Shown piece by piece: positions 55,831 to 64,000 of a stretch of 64,000 nucleotides of DNA. The notes under the pieces were generated by a model that was not told where the DNA came from, did not search any database, and worked only from the letters and a program-made list of their open reading frames with translations. Numbering within the stretch: the first letter of the stretch is position 1; every line of letters starts with the position of its first letter. The position numbers and the translations under genes were made by a program. This stretch comes from Eledone cirrhosa (taxonomy: Eukaryota): the NCBI GenBank assembly GCA_964016885.1, contig OZ024746.1:74090001-74154000 (forward strand), given 5' to 3'.

Positions 55831-57452
55831 AACAGGGCTGCGTGGCTACCTCCGACCTCTTGAAATGAGCAAGCTTCGATGAATGTAAAATGCGTAAACG
55901 ACATTGCATGAGAGGAAAATTGGAAACAAGGTAAATCAGATTGGCAGGTTGTCTATAACTGAATACCTTTCTCATCGCCAACTACTTTACAATGTGCATT
56001 GATTGTATTTTATTATGGCATCAAAACTAGAGAGATTTTTATGCTCTTGTCACAACAAGAATCATTTCAACCCTCCCTATTACATCACTTTACAGAGTGT
56101 ACTAGGAGTATTTCTCTAGCACAAGCACTAGAAAATTTGTCGTGTCCAGGATATCACGGCACTAGTGGAAGCTTACTAAAATGTCTGATTCAGTATATTA
56201 GAAATAAATGCATTTCGATAACTTTTGTTCGCGTTCTGTAAGCTCTGTCGTTATCTATAAAGAAACACACACACACACACACACCTTTACAGGCTCGAAC
56301 GGACACAGACATTAACATACACACTCATATATATGTAGAATTCTTTTGGGCACGTATAGATTTAGTCGCTTAGGGTTGTCCTGGGGCTAAAAAAGCCCAA
56401 CAACAACTACAGTAGACACCATTAACCACCACTAACCACCAACCACTAGACAACTAATCGGCTCCATTCACGCACGCACACACATACACACTCACCCTCA
56501 ATGTTCAACCCTACTCATGCCACCACCCCCCCTCTCTCTCTCTCTCTCTCTCTCACCACCCACCTTATTTCAAACAGGAATTCATTATATACATGATGAA
56601 TGCTTTCTTGATAAGACCAGCAGCTTATCTCGTTTCCGAAACTTTGCAAACGTCTCTTATCTCATCAGACACATGGTAAGACAAACTCTCTCAAACCACC
56701 ACCACTTCTTCAATTCACGGACAGATTACCCTCTTTCTATCTCCCCCTCTCTCTCTCTCTCACTCTCTCTTTCTTTCTCTTTAATAATCCTTCCATTTCT
56801 TTCTCTCCCTTTCTCGCTGCTCCATTCTCTCTGTCTTTTTCTCCCTCTTTGTCTTTCGCCCTTACTCGTTGTCCCTCTCTTTGCTTGAGTATCGTCTCTT
56901 TTTCTCATCCACTTTCTATTCCCCTACCTTGTATTTCTCTCTCATTCATGCTGCCCTTCTCTTTCCTCTCCCTTTCCTCCCTCTTTCTGTATTTTACTCA
57001 ATCTCTCCCTCCTCTGTGTCTATCTCTGACTTTTATTTTCTTTCTCTTCCTAGCTTTACATATGGATAACGTTTCCATATATGAGAGCGTGGTCAATTAT
57101 TGTGTCTATGGAGGTATATGTATGCAATTATAATTGTATATGGCTATATGACGGTGTGTATATGGTTCTGCTTGCATATGATTATGGCTATGTGACTCTG
57201 TATGTATGTAATTGTGTGTTTATAAGGATACATGTCTTTGATTATGTGTAAGACTATCACACAACCAATTCCTCAGGCAACAGATTACTACCCGCCATTC
57301 ATCTCCTCTCTATCTATCTATCTTCTCTCCTTCTCTCATTTTCCTCCTACCCTTCCCAGCCTCTTACTCTCTCACTATCAAGTATCTGTGTGTACTTTAA
57401 TATCTTTCCATGCATTTCTCACTCTTTCTCTATCTTTCCACCTATGCATTTG

Positions 57453-57531
<79 letters not shown>

Positions 57532-57532
57532 G

Positions 57533-57697
<165 letters not shown>

Positions 57698-57704
57698 CAG
57701 AGCG

Positions 57705-57744
<40 letters not shown>

Positions 57745-57816
57745 CACCGTCATGTATATGAATTTGTTTGTATGTATGTGGGTATGTATGTGTGTGTGTG
57801 TGTATGTATGTGGGTA

Positions 57817-57854
<38 letters not shown>

Positions 57855-58340
57855 ATTCTGTATATGTCTGTATTTGTGTGAGCGTGTGTAAAACAGTCTC
57901 TCAAACGACCGCGTCAGTCTACAGATTACTGGCTGTTTTTCTCTCCCGTTCTGTACCTATCTCTCGTTGTGTGTGTGTGTGTGTGTGCCCCCTCTCACAT
58001 TTTCTTTCTTTCACTCTTTCTGTCAGTCTCTCTCTCTCTCTCCTTATATATGTAAGCGTGTTTCTGTGCATGTGATTGTGAGGGAAAGGGTGTATGTATA
58101 CGTGTGCAAGACAAACTCCCAAATAGCCATCTTTACAAGCTTACACACACACACCCCAAAACCTCCCTCGTACAAACACATACAAACACTCTCTTACTGT
58201 GACTAATTTCCCCATCTATTTTTCCACTCTCTCGAGCTCTCTTCGTCTCTCTAGCTTATATATGGACAACAGACATATGTATACGTGAGAGAATGTGTGA
58301 GTGAGAAGAGTTCGGGTGCGTGAGTTATATATATTTATAT

Positions 58341-58423
<83 letters not shown>

Positions 58424-58428
<5 letters not shown>

Positions 58429-58631
58429 GAACGAGTAGGACCCCGACGGCTGAGCTCAAGCCGTTTCGACGGCTAATTCTGGATTCAATTCGCGTCCAGA
58501 ATTAGCCGTCGAAACGGCTTGAGCTCAGCCGTCGGGGTCCTACTCGTTCCTATTACCCACTCTACTACTCTAAGTATTGAGTACTTTGGTGCGTTATGGT
58601 CCACCTGGTTCCTTACCACATTTCCTTCGTT
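58424..58631. mobile_element. Fold-back insertion in (TA)n: perfect 60 bp arms each holding the 3' half of an HHR, plus 3' tail
   Basis: Arms 58424-58483 and 58495-58554. GTC-GAAA-CGGC-ttgagctca-GCCG-TC-GGGG with no CTGA half. Tail contains GTATTGAGTAC. Confidence 0.8.
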
Positions 58632-58656
58632 ATATATATAAATATATATATATATA

Positions 58657-59003
58657 CCGGTGTACCCTCGGCATTCGAGTTCTCGACATTCGCGGTCCCG
58701 GTTATTCGCAGGATTTTCCTTAGAACCTTACTAATAATTGTTCGTGGAAACCACCGCGTATTCGCGGAATCGTAAAAATCTTACGCGATTTTTTATGTCT
58801 TTTTTCGTGGCAATATATATATTTTTTCACGCTTTTTAACACGGTATTATTAATAACAGTATACCGTATTTACCGGCGTATATTTTACGTTATGTTTAGA
58901 CGTTTATAGTCATTTTTATCGACTAGGTCCGATATTCGCAGTTTTTCACTCTTCACGGGTGCTTTAGGGTCGTAAGCCCCGCGAATACCGGGGGAAAAAT
59001 ATG
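58657..59003. mobile_element. Tc1/mariner (Tigger-like) MITE
   Basis: Degenerate TIRs TA|CCGGTGTACCCTCGGCATTCG and CGAATACCGGGGGAAAAATATG|TA. Repeated ATTCGC(G/A)G subterminal motifs and TA flanks. Confidence 0.55.
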
Positions 59004-59442
59004 TATATAAATACCCACACACACACACACATGCACGCAGACACACACGCAACTCATTATAAGATTATGTACATAAACATCAATTTCGTGTGTTTGTGTG
59101 TTTGTGTGTGTGTGTTTGGAAATCAGGCACGCAAACGACCACTTCTCTGCCTTGTCTTTATGTGTGCATACTAGTGTGAAAGCAGGAGAGAAAGAGAGTG
59201 AGAGAACGTGATAGAGGAAGGCTCTAATGTGTATATGCGTATATGCCTGCTGGTATTTGCTTGAGCTCAACTTATGTATGTGTATGTGTGTGTGTGTAAA
59301 AGAGATATTTCGTGTGTGGGGAGCAGAGATGTGTATGTGTATGTTTGAGTATGTACTATACTGTGTCAGTTTCACTGCGTGGCACCTTGGGCGAATAAAC
59401 TCCACTATATTTTCGGGCTTAGTAATGCTTTATAAATGAAGA

Positions 59443-59532
<90 letters not shown>

Positions 59533-59585
59533 TATCTACGTCTATAAACATGTATCAATGAAATAAATACAAAGTTTGAAAAAAA

Positions 59586-62500
59586 GATATATATTTCTAT
59601 TTATTTGCCACCAGGGCATCAAAGATTGCGACAAATACAAAGGGGGGAGTTTACATACATTTAAAAAGACGTGTAAAAAAACATATAACAAATTAAATTT
59701 AACAATCGATGTCCTCAATAGTGAGGGGCGTTGACATGGGTCGCACACACCCCCGAAAAAATGTGCACCCTCCACTTCAGGAGCACAAAGAGCGGGTGCT
59801 TCCTTCCTCTTCTCATTCTTCTCCTCTCTCACCTACAGGCTGATATAGAGAGAAGGCCCATTCACTCGGGCCATTCTCGCTACTTTCACCCACCTTTCAT
59901 AAAACTTGCTGGGGTAGAGCACCTCTCTCTCCATTCTGACCCTTCTTCTAAAGTGGTACTTGAAAAAAAAGACCAGTTGTTGGCCGGAGAGAAAGGTGTC
60001 TGACCTCAGCCCTTTCAACCTTGTCCACCATACAACTTCTTTCGCCATGGCTATCACACAGAGGAAAACCGCCTCTCCTTCGTTTTTGAAAGGGGGAGGC
60101 GGTTTGATTGTGACAATGTTCTCGGTGGTCAACCGGATTGGTCCCACCCGCGACAGTAGTCGTTCTACATAGCCCCACAGGTCAGCAACGCCCGGGCAGT
60201 GTACGAATGCGTGTGCGACGGTTTCCTCGTCACGCACGTATCTTGGACAGATCTTCTTCGAGGGTGTCTGTAGAGCTTGTCCCGAACGGGTAGAACTCCT
60301 CGGTAACATTGCCAAGCCAGGGACTGTTGGAAGTTGTCCATCGGTCCCGGCCAAACGTCCTACCGAACAGACTGGCCAGCTCGTCTTCCTCCATGCCCAG
60401 AGCCTCTCCGAGAGCGTTGTCGCACTTACTGCGCACCAACCCTCTATAGAATGTTGAGGTTGAGTCTCCACTGATTGCCGGATCCGCTTGCCAGAGGGCC
60501 GTGAGCGCTTGGGTACATTCAATGTGCCAGTCGCCCACTTTTCTCGGTCTTTGCTTGACCCAGGATTGCAGCTCGGTGAGTGAGACGAGTCTCGGAAAGG
60601 CTCGCCTCACAAACAGGGCCCACACCGGCTGACCGGTGAGGAATACCTGAAGGTGCCGTAGCCTTAATGCGTGTCTACGCATCGTCAGACACGGCATCCA
60701 CCGCCCTCCGTTCGAAGGGTGTTGACAGCAGATGGATCTTCTCACCAAAGGAGCCCGCTTCTTCCAAAGAAATCGCAAGAGCGCGCGCTCCATTTTGGCG
60801 ATTTTTTCTCTGGGCAAGGCACGACGGTCAAGCGGTAGTAGATGACGGACGCTATATAAGCGTTCGCCACCCCCGCTCGACCTTTCAGGGATAGTTTGCA
60901 CTCGGCCCACTTCTGGGCGAGTGCAAACACCTTGCCCGTTACCTCGTCCCAGTTTTTCTCCACCTGGAGGTCCGGTCCGAACCAGACCCCGAGCAGCTTC
61001 AATGGTCCCTCCGTCCAGCGTCCGACGATGCCGTCGGAGGGCATCGTTTTGCCCCTCCACGTCCCGAGTTGCAAACCGACGGACTTGTCCCGGTTCAGCT
61101 TGGCTCCTGTGAACCTTTCATATTCCTCCAGTAAGGTGCCGATCTGCCCGATTTCCGAGGCGCACGACACTATTACTGTCACGTCATCAGCGTAGGCCGA
61201 CACCGCTTTCCGCAATCACGGTTCCAAGGGGATAACCTGCAACAGCTCCAGCTTCCGCAGTAGTGGCTCGAGAGCCAGCACATACAGGAGGGAGGAGAGA
61301 GGGCATCCCTGTCGAATGGATCGCGTGATTTGGAACGGCTCCGAGATGTAGCCGTTCACCGTGACCCTCGAGCAGGTGTTGCTGCTGTGCATTGCAATAA
61401 TCCAGCCCCTGAAAACGGGTCCGAAGCCTGCCGCCGCGAGCACCGCATCCAGGTACCGATGGTCAACCCTATCGAACGCTTTAGATTGATCCAAATTGAT
61501 CAGGGCCCCACCAAAGCCGGGTTCGTTCCCTACCCTCTCTACGATGTATCGCATGAGGTGGAGGTTGTCGTGTATGGACCTGGACGGGATTGCACATGTC
61601 TGCGCTTCTCCCACCAGGTTCCCGACGACAAGCGCCAACCTCTTCGCTAACATCTTGGCCAAAATCTTTAACTCTGTGTTTAGCAGAGTTATAGGCCTGA
61701 AGTTATCTATGTCATCCCCCTTGTTCTCGTCCTTCCTCACCAGCGTGACTACGCCCTTGGTCACAGAACTGGGAATTCTCCCGTTCTGTTGCCAGTTGCA
61801 GTAGACCGCCTCGAGGAGACCGGAGAACAAGCCCGGCATCGCTACATAAAGTTCGTATGGTAGACCATCGAGACCCGGAGATTTGCGTTTGCCGCATTGG
61901 CTCAGCGCTTCCCCTATTTCAGCGGCTGAAATCGGCCTCTCGCAGGACTTCGCCTCCCCGTCCGAGAGCCGCGCCATCCCGTCGAGGTATGGACCGAAAT
62001 CCATGGCCCCACCCGGCCCGCCGCCCCTCCCGAACAGTCGTGCAAAGCGCCGTTGAAAGGCCGCGCTCATCCGCTCAGTTTCAAGGATCACGCGTCCATC
62101 CTGGTCCTTCAAAGACCGAATCGTGGACTTGTTTCCACTTTTTGCCTCTGTCACTCGGGCCCAGCTAACAGCTTTGGCTCCCTCGTTACCCAGAGCACGT
62201 ATTTTACTCCTGACAACGCAGCCCTCGTGCTTCGCATCAAAGAACTGGTCTAGGGCCGTTCTTGACGCCAGCACGCCGGCTACGTTGCCACTCCTAATCG
62301 CCTCTTCTACTCTATTTGTTAATTCCCTTTCAGTTCTATTCCTATCTGATGCTAATTCCCGACTAAAACCTACCGATTCTATTCTAATCTCTCTCTTGAG
62401 AGAGCCCCACCACCTGTTGTTGACAATTGCCCCCGTCAAACGCTGCTTAACTAGTGTGCTAATCCGCTTACTGTATGCTTTGTTTGTCGGTAAAGACAAG

Positions 62501-62595
62501 TTTAGCTTCCAGTAACCGGGTCCCTGTCTATGAGTTCTATCAAGGTTGACCACTCCGGTCACCAACTTGTGATCCGAATAGTCAACCATGAGTCT
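59586..62595 (-). mobile_element. L1/Tx1-clade LINE, 5'-truncated inside the endonuclease
   Basis: GC-rich ~3 kb block carrying an ORF2 remnant, a ~250 bp 3' UTR and a terminal AATAAA. Confidence 0.92.
59833..62589 (-). pseudogene. ORF2 (end of AP endonuclease, reverse transcriptase, CCHC knuckle), disrupted
   Basis: YSDHKLV and GPGYWKLN (endonuclease end); KSPGLDGLP, NFRPITLLN, DQSKAFDRVDH, RQGCPLS and YADDVT (RT); CPR...ETVAHAFVHCP. One in-frame stop at 61216 and frameshifts near 60810 and 60350. Confidence 0.93.
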
Positions 62596-62599
62596 TATA

Positions 62600-62930
62600 T
62601 TAGATATAGAGAGTGAGATAAGAGAGGCGGTGTCTTGGTAGATATAGAGAGGGGTAGAGTTTGGTTTTAGTAGATACAGAGAGAGGGAGTAAAAGATAGT
62701 TTTGTGTCATAGACGTACAGAGGAGGAGAGTTTGGTGGCACTCTCGGGTCCCAAATAATAGGAGGGATGGCAATAATGGGGGGAGGGGCGCTTGGGAAAT
62801 CAGTAAGTGTATTACGTTCGTAAATATGGGATTCTTGTAATATTCTTCTTTTGTCATATATAATGTTTTTTTTGTGTAAAATAAAATTATTATTAGATTC
62901 TCCAGCTGCTGTATCAATATGAATCACTTA
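62600..62930 (-). pseudogene. Possible 3' remnant of a Penelope-like element abutting the LINE
   Basis: ORF 62667-62927 IHID...FILHKKN...KRRILQESHIY resembles the GIY-YIG C-terminal R.ILES..I motif. It is followed by a C/T-rich tail. Confidence 0.35.
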
Positions 62931-63096
62931 CAATAAAATTTCTCCGAGATAGATCAGCAAAATTTAATAAATGTGTTGGGAGTGACAAAAATCTGACAAA
63001 TTAATAAGCGTGGGTTAGGGACGATTATTCAAAACCAGAGAGTACGTGAATTATTGATGTAAGAATGAAAACTCAATACCGAAGTAGAGTTTAAAT

Positions 63097-63230
63097 ATTT
63101 ATTTATTATGGCTAAGCCTTGTTACTCTGGGGTCTCACCTGCGTACTCACCAGACAAGACTGGTGATCCTGTGAGTGCGCAGATGAAACTTTAGAGTTAC
63201 AAAGCTCACCAATAGCCATAATAAATGAAT
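63097..63230. repeat. Decayed ~55 bp inverted repeat (older fold-back)
   Basis: ATTTATTATGGCTA...GT.ACTCT...CA.CTGCG.ACTCAC versus GTGAGTGCGCAGATG...AGAGTTAC...TAGCCATAATAAAT. Confidence 0.65.
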
Positions 63231-63289
63231 GTATGTATATAATAGTGACGAAACATAAGTCAATTGCATGAACTTATAATCCTTTATTT

Positions 63290-63345
63290 ACTGCTATATA
63301 TATTTCGATGATAGCCATTGAATGGCTATGACCTCATCAGGCAGT
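63290..63345 (-). ncRNA. Type I hammerhead ribozyme
   Basis: ACTGC-CTGATGA-GGTCATAGCCATT-c-AATGGCTATCATC-GAAA-TATATA-TA-GCAGT. AATAAA immediately downstream. Confidence 0.85.
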
Positions 63346-63829
63346 CAGTCAGTTCTTAGATATGCCAGCTCTGCGTGAATAGTGTTGATGGTATCAGAGC
63401 CTTGGGACATATGAGCTTGTTAGGAATACTTTGATGTTGTCAGCAGGAATAGTCTTGATTCTCATTGGTCAGATTGTAGATGGTAGTAGGTTGGTATTTG
63501 ACCTATATAGGAGATGAATAAACTGGGTATAATACCAGTTCCTTACCAAATGCGAAGAAGATCGATATATTAACTCCTTAGCAAAGGGCACAGAGCATAT
63601 TTTTAAAACATTATATATATACACAGTGGCGGTGGAACTTGGCATGACACCCTCCAATAATAATATTTTCTCTCAAAACTTTCAAAACACATATCTATTT
63701 GGAGATGCGCTACAATTTATGTACTTGTTATGTTTATCGCATATCGAAGTTTTCTGATCACTTTAGAGTGCAAAGAACTAAACTAATCACTACAACTTTA
63801 TTGTCCAAATGACATAGAAGAAGAATCAA

Positions 63830-64000
63830 CCTCAGTACTAGACTGGTACTTGTTTTATCGACCTCGAAGGGATGAAAGGCAAAGTTATCTCTGCCTGGAT
63901 TTGAACTCAGTGAGTATAGAGTCGAAATGAATATATATATATAATGAGGTCGATAAAATAAAGTACCAGTAATACACTGGGATAATTGCTGGCCTTGTGG
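63830..64000. mobile_element. Two SINE fragments in opposite orientation (63830-63910 -, 63946-64000 +)
   Basis: Both match the SINE body (TTTTATCGACC...GATGAAAGGCAAAG and GGTCGATAAAATAAAGTACCAG). The second runs off the window. Confidence 0.8.

Overview
AT-rich, microsatellite-saturated metazoan DNA with no recognisable intact host gene. The repeat landscape resembles octopus/cephalopod genomes (inference, not tested). Almost all ORF-track hits are translations of (TA)n, (CA)n, (GA)n or (TATC)n. Recognisable content is mobile-element debris: a 5'-truncated L1/Tx1-type LINE ORF2 (59.6-62.6 kb), a Chapaev3-type DNA transposon with intact TIRs and a TTA TSD (45869-47591), Penelope-like element (PLE) remnants of Naiad- and Neptune-like type, RTE fragments including an internally deleted one, an R4/Dong-like fragment, a hAT remnant, a Helitron 3' end after a CCTAG higher-order satellite, a Tigger-like MITE and about 11 copies of one tRNA-derived SINE. 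The most striking signal is about 20 type I hammerhead ribozyme (HHR) motifs, intact or decayed, from several unrelated sequence families. Many sit in short non-coding fold-back (inverted-repeat) insertions next to (TA)n tracts, with the two ribozyme copies pointing outward in every case scored. Some carry a compensatory U3-A8 core. All calls were made by eye; no searches or folding programs were run.
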